Source of the DNA: Candidatus Kuenenia stuttgartensis
GTDB lineage: Bacteria; Planctomycetota; Brocadiia; Brocadiales; Brocadiaceae
Reading direction: 5' to 3'
DNA length: 32,000 nucleotides
NCBI RefSeq assembly: GCF_900232105.1
Contig: NZ_LT934425.1
Span: 1,650,001 to 1,682,000 of the forward strand
The notes beneath the pieces are model-generated. The model had not been told where the DNA came from. It did no database searches and was given only the letters and a program-made list of their open reading frames with translations. The first letter of the stretch is position 1. Each line of letters starts with the position of its first letter. Made by a program: the position numbers and the translations under genes. This document shows positions 1 to 10,892 of this stretch, piece after piece.

Positions 1-262
1 ACATTACGTCGTGTCGCAGGGTCTTTTCGTATTCTCTTGCCATCTCAAAATTAATGGTATCCTGAAAACGTTTCATTTCACTGATTTGCGCTTCTGTAAC
101 AGTCTGCAATCCTAGTTCATGCTGTGCTTCGGCGAGCGCTATCCAGAGTTTTCTCCACGTGCTGAACTTGTAATGGTCTGAGAAGATATAGCACATCTCT
201 TTACTTGCATACCTTTCAGAAAGAGGAGATTGATATTGCTTATAGCGGCTATCTGTTGTCAT
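1..262 (-). CDS. purB: adenylosuccinate lyase, N-terminal part (3' end lies beyond the left window edge)
   Basis: Own minus-strand translation from the ATG (complement of 260-262): [66 protein letters not shown]...EKTLRHDVM. The SPLxxRYASKEM, KFxTWRxLWxALAEA and RHDVM blocks are the conserved PurB N-terminus. It is absent from the ORF track because the window truncates it. Confidence 0.8.
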   Translation of the reverse strand, partial: MTTDSRYKQYQSPLSERYASKEMCYIFSDHYKFSTWRKLWIALAEAQHELGLQTVTEAQISEMKRFQDTINFEMAREYEKTLRHDVM

Positions 263-551
263 AAAAATGTCACGCAAATTAGTTATTTGAGAAGTGTGAG
301 TATTTTTTCTTCATTGATATCATTTCCCGAAAGTTACCCGGCAGGCAGTTGCTCCGAAGTTTAGTAGCTATCGTATTACCTGGTAAAAACGTATTTTCCT
401 GCAAGTATTTGCCACCTCTTTATCCCTCTTCCTTGTCAGGGAGAAAAAAGGAGAGGTTATCTTTGGTTGTGGGCTTACGTGGATTACATGCGCTATCAAT
501 AGGACGTTATTTTAGCGTCCATGATAATGAATGATTATGAAAATGCAATTT

Positions 552-592
552 ATTAAAATAAAAAAAGGCGTTGCATGTTTGCACGCAACGCC
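552..592 (-). terminator. rho-independent terminator downstream of groEL
   Basis: The hairpin GGCGTTGC-(10 nt)-GCAACGCC lies at 567-592. On the minus strand it is followed by TTTTTTTATTTT (plus-strand A run 555-566). It sits 26 nt after the groEL stop. Confidence 0.6.
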
Positions 593-617
593 TTTTCCTT
601 CATGTTAACTATGTCAA

Positions 618-2535
<1,918 letters not shown>

Positions 2536-2627
2536 AACTTAGATCTCCTCTCGCTTAAAATTATCCCTAAAAAAATAGAATAGTGCTTTTTGTCTGTTTT
2601 AATGCGTGAAATGGTGCTACTAAAAAA

Positions 2628-3032
2628 TTATTTCCAGTAGTATTTCTCTATAACCTGTTCTACGGAGTCCCTGAAGATATTAACATTGATGGGCTTCGGT
2701 ATCAGTGTATAAGCGTTAGCGTTAATAAGATTTATCTGCAGTTCTTTTGATATATCTCCCGAGATAAATATACAGGGAATGGAAATGCTTATTTCCTTCT
2801 TAATGATATTAAATGTCTCCAGGCCGCTATAGTCGGGAAGATGTGCGTCTAAAATCAACACGTGCAATTCTTCAGACCGGGCTATTTTTATCGCTTCTCT
2901 GCCACAACTTGCAAGGTAAGTGGTGTAGCCTTTTAGTTCCAGTATTTCCCGCAAACTATCGCGGCACGATTTATCATCGTCCGTAATAAGAAGCGAAAAA
3001 CTATCTGCATCAGGATGATATAATGCCACCAT
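2628..3032 (-). CDS. single-domain (receiver-only, CheY-like) response regulator
   Basis: The 134-aa product has LLITDDD (acidic pocket), ILDAHLPD (phospho-acceptor Asp), FISG and PKP (conserved Lys). There is no output domain. Confidence 0.85.
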   Translation of the reverse strand: MVALYHPDADSFSLLITDDDKSCRDSLREILELKGYTTYLASCGREAIKIARSEELHVLILDAHLPDYSGLETFNIIKKEISISIPCIFISGDISKELQINLINANAYTLIPKPINVNIFRDSVEQVIEKYYWK

Positions 3033-3660
3033 GACCCTATTATCCTCTTAAAATATTTTTTAAAGAATAGATAGCAAGACGGTTACGCAAATATTATGCC
3101 TCAATCTCGGAATAAGGTTGTTCGCTGTTTTCACAGGCTGAAATGTTGCGTGTTTTGGGTTTATTTGTTTGATTAACTATGGTGCAGCATAATCATATCG
3201 TTTATTAGATAGGGCACTTATACGTATGTTGTTATTTTAGAGTTGGTAATATTTTATAAAAAAATGATTAAACTCGTCAATAATTTTCATTATTGTCATT
3301 TTGACATTTTTACTGATGAGAAATTATTATTGCTGTCACTATGGCAGTGGTATTTTCCGGACTCTCGGTAAAGATCTTTTTTGTTTAGGCGTAAAGAGAA
3401 ATGTTCTGGAAAATAATTGGCCTCAACGCATTGACAAATCACAAATTGTATCATTGTGAATTTACAACTTAAAAGTATTTTTGTGTAGATTTTTAAACAA
3501 ACGAATGTTATTGATGTATTTTGTAAAGCAAAAGCATGGTAGAAAGTCAATTTTTCACTGTGCGAAAATTATTTTTGTAGAATTTTAGGTTGTAATTTTA
3601 CTATTACTCATATGATTCACGCTGCATTTAATGCATTTTTAGATGCAGATACAATAAACC

Positions 3661-5697
3661 ATGGCTGAGCATTTATTTGTAATATCGATAATCTTGTATG
3701 CGATAGGCGCCCTGTTTGCCTTATGTTTTTTCAAGTGGCAAGCGGTGGGGAATTATATTTCGCTTATTTGTGCAGCTATTGCTTCCTGCTTTAGCATTGT
3801 CCTGTCTATCTCTGTGTTGACTAACGGCCTAATAATACATTTTGATTTCTTAATATACCATGCCATTATAAGATACAATTTTTTATTAGACCCTCTATCC
3901 TCATTTTTTATGCTTGTCATATCTGTCATTGGTTTTGTAGCCTCGATCTATTCGATGGGATATACCAAATTATACGTAAATAAACGCGATACCCGGTTTC
4001 TGGGATTTGCCTATAATCTCCTTCTTGTATCTATGCTTCTGGTGGTAACTGCCAATAACGCATTAGTATTTATGATAGTGTGGGAGCTTATGACATTGGT
4101 CTCCTTTTTCCTCGTCATCTTTGAACATGAGAATCCTACCAACAGAAAAGCAGGTTATGTCTATCTCGTGATGTCTCACATTGGCGCAGGGCTTATAGCT
4201 GTAGCCTTTTTTATCATGTTTGCCTATGCAGGTGAGGCATTTACATTCAGCTTTGACGATTTCAGGCATATTGGTGCGCATATGCCCCCTATATACAAAA
4301 ATATTGTATTCTTTTTAATAATTATTGGTTTTGGAATAAAGGCAGGCATCTTCCCCCTCCATCTTTGGCTTCCTATGGCACATCCTGCAGCGCCGAGTAA
4401 CGTCTCGATGGTCATGTCGGGCGTGATGATCAAAACGGCTATCTATGGCTTTATACGATTTTATTTCGAATTTCTAACGCCTTGTCCGCCCTGGTGGGGG
4501 TTTATCGTTCTTGTCGCGGGCGCTTCTTCTGCTATTTTGGGAATACTCTACGCCCTTATGGAAAGGGACATCAAAACGTTGCTTGCTTACAGCAGTGTGG
4601 AAAATATCGGCATCATCCTTATAGGGATCGGATTGTCGATGATTTTTAAGTCCTACAATCTCATGACATTGTCTTCCCTTGCTATGATGGCAGGACTTTA
4701 TCACCTGATTAATCATGCAGTATTTAAGTGTCTGCTCTTTGGTTGTGCGGGAAATATCTATTATTCAACCCACACAAAAAACATTGAAGAATTAGGCGGC
4801 CTGATTAAACGGCTGCGGGTTACTGCCCCATTATTTCTTGTGGGCGCCTTGTCCATTTCTGCTATCCCGCCGCTGAATGGATTTATGAGTGAGTGGCTTA
4901 TATTCCAATCCCTACTGAATGGCTTTTACATCCCATCGGTGTTTTTCAAAGTAATGACGGTTATTTGTGGGGCAATTGTTGCCTTGACCGGGGCACTAGT
5001 GGCTATGTGTTTTGTCAAGGCCTTTGGGGTTTCATTTCTTGCCCTGCCACGTTCTGAGCATACGCGAAAGGCAAAGGAGGTTCCCCTGGTTATGCTTGTA
5101 AGTATGGGCATTTTGGCCTCGATGTGTGTGTTTATGGGTCTTTTCCCGGCAACGATTATGGCAACCATTAATCAGGTAAATACACATCTGCTGGGCACAA
5201 ATATTATAAATATTATTACTTCATATGATTGGTTGCAAACAAAGTCAATCCATACTAATTTTACAGATTTATCTCCAAAAAGCGCGCCGATATTTGGCTT
5301 AATCCTTTTAGTGATCACCTTCGGGTTTTTGACCATGTTAAGGCCGGGCTTCACAAAGAGGATCTATGAGACATGGACTTGTGGCATAACACCGGAGCCC
5401 AGGTTTGGTTATACGGCAACGGCCTTCACAAAACCGTTCAAGGTCATCTTTGGTAATCTGTACAGACCCCGGTTTGAGATTAGCACAACATATTCAGTCC
5501 CTAAATATTTCGCTAAATCTATAACCTATCTTGGCGAGATAACGCCTATATTCGAAAAATATTTTTATAATCCTGTTTCCAGCTATGTTTTAAATATATC
5601 AAATAAGATACGGTGGGTGCATACCGGGAGTATTCATGTGTACCTTGCCTATATATTTGTAACATTGTTGATTGCCATATTGTCTGTTATATACTGA
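3661..5697 (+). CDS. hyfB: hydrogenase-4 subunit B-like membrane subunit (NuoL/MrpA antiporter-like)
   Basis: The 678-aa product is polytopic. It carries the antiporter-like core (WELMTLVSFFLV, HLWLPMAHPAAPSNVSMVMSGVMIKTAIYG, LLAYSSVENIG). Its length matches HyfB (about 670 aa) rather than HycC. Confidence 0.9.
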   Translation: MAEHLFVISIILYAIGALFALCFFKWQAVGNYISLICAAIASCFSIVLSISVLTNGLIIHFDFLIYHAIIRYNFLLDPLSSFFMLVISVIGFVASIYSMGYTKLYVNKRDTRFLGFAYNLLLVSMLLVVTANNALVFMIVWELMTLVSFFLVIFEHENPTNRKAGYVYLVMSHIGAGLIAVAFFIMFAYAGEAFTFSFDDFRHIGAHMPPIYKNIVFFLIIIGFGIKAGIFPLHLWLPMAHPAAPSNVSMVMSGVMIKTAIYGFIRFYFEFLTPCPPWWGFIVLVAGASSAILGILYALMERDIKTLLAYSSVENIGIILIGIGLSMIFKSYNLMTLSSLAMMAGLYHLINHAVFKCLLFGCAGNIYYSTHTKNIEELGGLIKRLRVTAPLFLVGALSISAIPPLNGFMSEWLIFQSLLNGFYIPSVFFKVMTVICGAIVALTGALVAMCFVKAFGVSFLALPRSEHTRKAKEVPLVMLVSMGILASMCVFMGLFPATIMATINQVNTHLLGTNIINIITSYDWLQTKSIHTNFTDLSPKSAPIFGLILLVITFGFLTMLRPGFTKRIYETWTCGITPEPRFGYTATAFTKPFKVIFGNLYRPRFEISTTYSVPKYFAKSITYLGEITPIFEKYFYNPVSSYVLNISNKIRWVHTGSIHVYLAYIFVTLLIAILSVIY

Positions 5698-5735
5698 TAT
5701 AAAAGCAATAGAACAGATAATAGATAATTGTCGCC

Positions 5736-5963
5736 ATGATTACAAGCAATCTGTCCAAAGAAGGACATCCAAGCCGTATTCGGATAAACAAGGATTCAGA
5801 AGATGGTAAAACAGCATGTATCCTTACAGATTCCATAATAATGACTGATAATCTTGCAACTGTGAGATTCATAGATATTGAAAAAGCTATCGGGGAGATT
5901 GCCCGGTTGGATACCGCGGATAGGGCATTAAATGTGACATTCGGTCTTAACAAAGATATATAG
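5736..5963 (+). CDS. hypothetical 75-aa ORF in the hyfB-hyfC spacer (weakly supported)
   Basis: This is the only sense-strand ORF in the 270-nt gap. It is hydrophilic, has no recognisable Shine-Dalgarno sequence and no family I recognise. A 104-aa ORF overlaps it on the opposite strand. Confidence 0.2.
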   Translation: MITSNLSKEGHPSRIRINKDSEDGKTACILTDSIIMTDNLATVRFIDIEKAIGEIARLDTADRALNVTFGLNKDI

Positions 5964-5968
5964 CAACA

Positions 5969-6907
5969 ATGATTACAAACATTATACTTACCACCCTGCA
6001 AATTCTCGTTATTGCAGGACTAGCGCCACTCGTTAAAGGGTTTATCAATAAGATGGAGGCATATTGGCAGTGCAGGAGGGGTCCCAGCATGTTTCAGCCT
6101 TATTATAACCTCATCAAACTGCTCCAAAAGGATGTCGTGGTTTCAGAAACGGCCTCGTGGATTTTCAGCGCGACTCCTTATGTAGTGTTTGTTTCGATCC
6201 TGGTAATAGCATTGTTAATACCTGTTTTGTCCGCACAGGTTCCGCTGGATTTCACTGGCGACATTATCCTGATTGTATACCTGTTTGCCCTGGGGAGATT
6301 TTTCCTGGCATTATCTTCCCTTGATACCGGGAGCGCCTTTGGGGGAATGGGCGGGAGCAGGGAGATGACAATATCTTCCATGGCAGAACCGGCCATGATG
6401 CTTTCTATATTTACGGTTTCCTTAACGGCTGGCTCCACGAATCTCAGCAGTATCACCGGTACGTTGCTTAATTACAAATCATTGAATCCGTCTCTCCTTT
6501 TGGCATTTGCAGCACTTGCCATCGTTATTGTTGCAGAAACAGGAAGGATTCCGGTCGATAATCCGTTTACCCATCTGGAATTGACAATGATTCATGAGGG
6601 CATGATACTTGAATTCTCAGGGCGTTATCTGGCCCTGATAGAATGGGCGTCTTCTATGAAACTACTGTTGTTACTGACTATCTTAGTGAATACCTTCTTA
6701 CCCTGGGGGATTGCTACTGACCTTACCTTCCCGGGAATGATTATTTCTTTTGCATGGTATCTTGTTAAGATCGGATTTTTTGCCTTTGCAATCGTTATCC
6801 TGGAATTGTCATTTTCGAAGCTCCGATTATTCCGCATACCGAACCTGTTGGGAACATCATTTGTTTTGTCTGTCTTGGCGATTATTTCATTTTATGTGGT
6901 GAGTTAA
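5969..6907 (+). CDS. hyfC: hydrogenase-4 subunit C / HycD-like membrane subunit (NuoH-like)
   Basis: The 312-aa polytopic product contains MQCRxGP-type CRRGPSMFQPYYNLIKLLQK and GRIPVDNPFTHLELTMIHEG, both NuoH/HycD hallmarks. Confidence 0.9.
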   Translation: MITNIILTTLQILVIAGLAPLVKGFINKMEAYWQCRRGPSMFQPYYNLIKLLQKDVVVSETASWIFSATPYVVFVSILVIALLIPVLSAQVPLDFTGDIILIVYLFALGRFFLALSSLDTGSAFGGMGGSREMTISSMAEPAMMLSIFTVSLTAGSTNLSSITGTLLNYKSLNPSLLLAFAALAIVIVAETGRIPVDNPFTHLELTMIHEGMILEFSGRYLALIEWASSMKLLLLLTILVNTFLPWGIATDLTFPGMIISFAWYLVKIGFFAFAIVILELSFSKLRLFRIPNLLGTSFVLSVLAIISFYVVS

Positions 6908-6912
6908 TTATC

Positions 6913-7578
6913 ATGAAACAACACATCATCGTAAATTCCCAGATTATTGATGTACTGGCAGTTTTAATGCTCATGACAACAATTATACTCATCGGCACGA
7001 GTCGTTTAAAGACCTGTATATGGGCAAGTGCCATTCGGTCTTTTCTCCTGACATTGACCAGCGGTCTTATAGCCTATTTGTCCGGTATCCATCACATTTA
7101 TATTACTACGGGTATCTCACTGGTACTTAAGGTTTTTGTCATCCCTGGATTTCTTTTTTACATCGTTGACAAGGTCAGGATTAAAAAAGAAGTAGAGTCT
7201 TATATTAGTTATACGCTATCGCTGCTGATCTCTTGCGGTATCATTCTTATTGCATACTATGCAACCTTACCTATCATCCAATTTGAAAATGTCTTTATGC
7301 GGCATTGCCTGCCCGTTTCACTCGCTATTACCCTTTTGGGATTCTTTGCAATGATAACGAGGAAGAAGGCCATTACCCAGATACTTGGACTTATTACCAT
7401 GGAAGATGGTCTTTTTTTTGCTGCCTTATCTACCTCTTACGGCATGCCACTCATCGTAGAATTGGGGGTGTTTTTCGATATCCTCGTGAGTGTTATCATT
7501 ATGGGAGTTTATGTTTACAGAATCAAAGAATCCTTCGATTCCATTGATGTAGGCTTCTTCAGGGAACTCCGGGAATAA
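6913..7578 (+). CDS. hyfE: hydrogenase-4 subunit E-like small membrane subunit (NuoK-related)
   Basis: The 221-aa polytopic membrane protein matches HyfE in position and size (216 aa in E. coli). It starts 6 nt after hyfC. Confidence 0.75.
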   Translation: MKQHIIVNSQIIDVLAVLMLMTTIILIGTSRLKTCIWASAIRSFLLTLTSGLIAYLSGIHHIYITTGISLVLKVFVIPGFLFYIVDKVRIKKEVESYISYTLSLLISCGIILIAYYATLPIIQFENVFMRHCLPVSLAITLLGFFAMITRKKAITQILGLITMEDGLFFAALSTSYGMPLIVELGVFFDILVSVIIMGVYVYRIKESFDSIDVGFFRELRE

Positions 7579-7579
7579 T

Positions 7580-9055
7580 ATGATAATACTCTTACTTTTA
7601 ATCATCCCCGTAATAACCGCCATTGCGTGCGTTTTTATAAAGACACACAGCATATCAAAATATGTCAGCATTGCAGGCAGTTTTCTCGTTTTACTCTATA
7701 GCATATTTCTTAACTACAATATTTATCTGCATCAGTCGCTCTATGGGCTAAATGAATTCTTTTATATGGATGCCCTGAGTATCCTTACCACCCAGATTAT
7801 TACCATTGTTGGTTTTGCAGCGGCATTATACTCGGTTGGCTATATGGAAGAAGAAGTTCGCGAAGGTGTGGTTACGGAAAAGAAGCTACGCTTGTATTAC
7901 TTCCTTTTTCATATGTTTATCTTCTCCATGTTATTGGTATGCGTAACAAATAACCTGGGGATCATGTGGGTAGCAATTGAAGCGACTACGTTGTCTACTA
8001 CATTTTTGGTAGGCTTTTATAATAAAAAACAGCATCAGGAAGCGGCATGGAAGTATATCGTCATTTGTACTGTGGGAATTACGTTGGCATTGTTTGGCGT
8101 TATACTCACCTATTATTCATCAAAAAGCGTATTTGGAGAAATTGGGCATATGCTGAACTGGACGAGCCTGCTTACCGTAGCGGACAGGTTTGATCCTCAT
8201 CTCATAAAACTGGCATTCATTTTTATCCTAATCGGATATGGTACAAAGGCTGGTCTTGCCCCAATGCACACATGGCTGCCTGATGCACATAGCCAGGCGC
8301 CTTCGCCTATTAGCGCCCTGTTTTCCGGTGTACTGCTAAATTGTTCCCTGTATGGCATCATCCGATACCACATCATTACCTCTAAATGTGTAGGCCCGCA
8401 TTATTCATGTACACTCCTCATGGTGTTTGGCCTTATTTCCGTCATTGCTTCAATACCTTTTATCCTGGTGCAAAGGGATTATAAACGTCTGTTCGCCTAT
8501 AGCAGTATAGAGCATATTGGTTTTATTACGCTTGGAATAGGTTTTGGTGGAATGTATAGTGTTTACGGCGCAGAGCTGCATACCTTCAACCACGCCGTAG
8601 CAAAATCCCTATTGTTTTTTTGTGCTGGCAATCTGTTTTTGAAATACAAGACAAGGGATATGGACAGTATTAAAGGGGTTATTAAGACTACGCCGGTTAC
8701 CGGTGTCTTTTTGATAATTGCTGTCTTTGCCATTACAGGCACACCGCCGTTTGGTATATTTGTTAGCGAGTTCCTGGTGCTTGCAGACGGCTTTTCAAGT
8801 GGAAATGTATTTATCATTATATTCAGTTCATTGCTTGTTGTATGCATTACCCTCATTTTTATTGGATTCATAAACAATATATTCAAGATGGTTTTGGGTG
8901 AACCCACAACATCTGTTCCTAAGGGTGAGGTGAGTAAGCTTACCATTGCGTCCATGGGCTTTCTTTTGATTTTCGTACTGGTTGTCAGCTTCTATGTACC
9001 GCCATTCCTGCGCGAAATACTGACTAATATTTATAATATTGTAAGGAATGTATGA
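7580..9055 (+). CDS. hyfF: hydrogenase-4 subunit F-like membrane subunit (NuoM/N antiporter-like)
   Basis: The 491-aa product contains WVAIEATTLSTTFLV, THTWLPDAHSQAPSPISALFSGVLLNCSLYG and LFAYSSIEHIG. It starts 2 nt after the hyfE stop. Confidence 0.9.
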   Translation: MIILLLLIIPVITAIACVFIKTHSISKYVSIAGSFLVLLYSIFLNYNIYLHQSLYGLNEFFYMDALSILTTQIITIVGFAAALYSVGYMEEEVREGVVTEKKLRLYYFLFHMFIFSMLLVCVTNNLGIMWVAIEATTLSTTFLVGFYNKKQHQEAAWKYIVICTVGITLALFGVILTYYSSKSVFGEIGHMLNWTSLLTVADRFDPHLIKLAFIFILIGYGTKAGLAPMHTWLPDAHSQAPSPISALFSGVLLNCSLYGIIRYHIITSKCVGPHYSCTLLMVFGLISVIASIPFILVQRDYKRLFAYSSIEHIGFITLGIGFGGMYSVYGAELHTFNHAVAKSLLFFCAGNLFLKYKTRDMDSIKGVIKTTPVTGVFLIIAVFAITGTPPFGIFVSEFLVLADGFSSGNVFIIIFSSLLVVCITLIFIGFINNIFKMVLGEPTTSVPKGEVSKLTIASMGFLLIFVLVVSFYVPPFLREILTNIYNIVRNV

Positions 9056-10647
9056 TGAGTACCAACAGGCAACTTCATATTGATAAACTGTCCGGTCAAT
9101 TTAAAGGGAATATTACTATTAGCAGAAGTTTCCTTGAAAACGAGATATATGTCTCAACGAAAAAGGAAAATCTTTTAAATGTATGTCTGTATATTAAAGA
9201 TATTTTCAATGCCGTGCTTTCTTCCATGATTTGTAACGATGAGAGAACTCTGGATAAGCACTTTAAAATTTACTACGTCTTTTCTCTTCAGAGAGAAGAC
9301 ACATTCTTAATTGTCACTATACCGGTCAGTGAACAGCAGCCGGAATTTCCGTCGATTACACCCCAAATACCTGCCGCTCATTGGTATGAACGGGAGATTA
9401 AGGACATGTTTGGTCTTATCCCCGTAGGACACCCAAGACCCGAGACACTGGTATTACACGGCAATTTCCCTGAAAATACTTATCCATTGCGGAAGGACTT
9501 TGATATTCAAACCCGAATACCTCACCTCGAATCAAAGCTGCCGTTTTTCAGGGTAGAAGGAGAAGGTGTTTTTGAAATACCCGTAGGACCCATTCACGCG
9601 GGTGTCATTGAACCTGGGCATTTCAGGTTTAGCGCTGTAGGTGATAGTATATTTTATCTTGATGCAAAATTATTTTTCACACACAAGGGCACAGAGAAAA
9701 TTTTCGAAACAATGCCATATACGAAGGCATTATTTCTTGCGGAGAGGATTTGCGGCGTTTGTGCCGCTTCGCACGCAACAGGCTATTGCCAGGCAATAGA
9801 GAAGGTGGCAGAGATCGAAATACCGCCACGCGCAAGATTTATTCGAACCATTGTCATGGAATTGGAAAGGATCTATAATCATATCGGCGATGTGGGAAAT
9901 ATATGCGCAGGCACTGCCTTTCTTCTGGGGATTGCGCATGGATTCAGGATACGCGAGTATTTACAGCAACTCAATGAAACCATTACGGGGAATCGATATT
10001 TAAGAGGTATGCTCGCCATCGGCGGAGTACGGTTTGATATCAACGACGATCTGGAAAAACATATTTTATCATTACTCAATCATGTTAAAAAGGACTTCAA
10101 AGATCTTACCAAAATGATGTTTAAATCCTCCTCTTTATTAGACAGGCTTGAAACTACAGGAAGACTTTCCGAGGAGATTGCACGGGGGTTGGGGGTCGTT
10201 GGCGTTGCGGCAAGGGCATCCGGCATTGTTCAGGACACCAGGGTTAATCACCCTTACGCTGCTTACGAAGAGGTGGATTTTGATATCCCTGTTTTCCATT
10301 ACGAAGGCGATGTACTTGCAAGGATACGCGTCAGGGTCGATGAGGTGTATCAGTCGATCTATATTATCGAGCAATGTTTTGAAAAGATGAGGCCAGGCCC
10401 TCTGAAAACCCCGATTAAGGAACTACCGCCTTACAAACAAGCCTTGAGTTATGTGGAATCACCTCGGGGTGAGAATATTTACTGGATCATGACGGCTCCT
10501 GGCAATAAATTGTTCAGGTATAAAGTAAGGTCGCCTTCTTTCTGTAACTGGCCGGCAATTCCTTTTGCAGTCCCTGGCAACATTGTGCCTGATTTTCCAT
10601 TGATTAACAAGAGTTTCGAGTTATGTTATTCCTGTACTGATTTGTAA
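9052..10647 (+). CDS. hyfG: [NiFe]-hydrogenase large subunit, HyfG/HycE type (NuoC-NuoD fusion)
   Basis: The 531-aa product has a NuoC-like block (AAHWYEREIKDMFGLIPVGHP) and a NuoD-like body. Both Ni-Fe ligand motifs are present: RICGVCAASH (L1) and ELCYSCTDL (L2, the very last residues). Its ATGA overlaps the hyfF stop. Confidence 0.92.
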   Translation: MMSTNRQLHIDKLSGQFKGNITISRSFLENEIYVSTKKENLLNVCLYIKDIFNAVLSSMICNDERTLDKHFKIYYVFSLQREDTFLIVTIPVSEQQPEFPSITPQIPAAHWYEREIKDMFGLIPVGHPRPETLVLHGNFPENTYPLRKDFDIQTRIPHLESKLPFFRVEGEGVFEIPVGPIHAGVIEPGHFRFSAVGDSIFYLDAKLFFTHKGTEKIFETMPYTKALFLAERICGVCAASHATGYCQAIEKVAEIEIPPRARFIRTIVMELERIYNHIGDVGNICAGTAFLLGIAHGFRIREYLQQLNETITGNRYLRGMLAIGGVRFDINDDLEKHILSLLNHVKKDFKDLTKMMFKSSSLLDRLETTGRLSEEIARGLGVVGVAARASGIVQDTRVNHPYAAYEEVDFDIPVFHYEGDVLARIRVRVDEVYQSIYIIEQCFEKMRPGPLKTPIKELPPYKQALSYVESPRGENIYWIMTAPGNKLFRYKVRSPSFCNWPAIPFAVPGNIVPDFPLINKSFELCYSCTDL

Positions 10648-10817
10648 AGAATTATTTGTTACAAAGACTCAAATCCATTTTCTCACTTTTTTGTACTACT
10701 ATCCATCAACTTCTTGTTTTTTATGCTAGTTTTTCAAACTACACAACCGTAAGACATTGATTAGATGAGGCTTACGTAAAGTTTGGAGTATTGGGTTTTT
10801 TGTCATTTGAACTTGTT

Positions 10818-10885
10818 TCATATTTCGACATTCGTATTTCGAATTTGGTTGCGGCCAAAGGCCGCGCCAAGCATTTCGTGGGCGA
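10818..10885. repeat. small hairpin/direct-repeat element in the hyfG to hycF/G-like spacer
   Basis: The motif [T/C]ATTTCG occurs three times (10821, 10835, 10872). They surround the hairpin TTGGTTGCGGCC-AAA-GGCCGCGCCAA (10845-10870). The ATTTCG motif recurs in the repeats at 21.4 and 26.0 kb. Confidence 0.4.
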
Positions 10886-10892
10886 ACATAAA

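Noticed and set aside
2536-2627. Search for a CIRCE element (TTAGCACTC-N9-GAGTGCTAA) upstream of groES
   Set aside because: Only AGCAC-containing pieces in direct orientation are present (TAGTAGCACC ... AGCACTAT). There is no inverted repeat, so this is not CIRCE.
3296-3550. 84-aa minus-strand ORF in the 630-nt AT-rich region upstream of hyfB
   Set aside because: It has no Shine-Dalgarno sequence and an odd composition. It sits in what is most likely the promoter/leader region of divergent genes, and I recognise no family. Small palindromes near the hyfB start (TCACAA-N9-TTGTGA at about 3437-3457, CTGCAT...ATGCAG at about 3622-3648) were noted. They fit no known operator consensus, and the CRP-like half sites are in the wrong order and spacing.
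5687-6001. 104-aa minus-strand ORF across the hyfB-hyfC spacer
   Set aside because: It overlaps the ends of both flanking genes in antisense and has no support.
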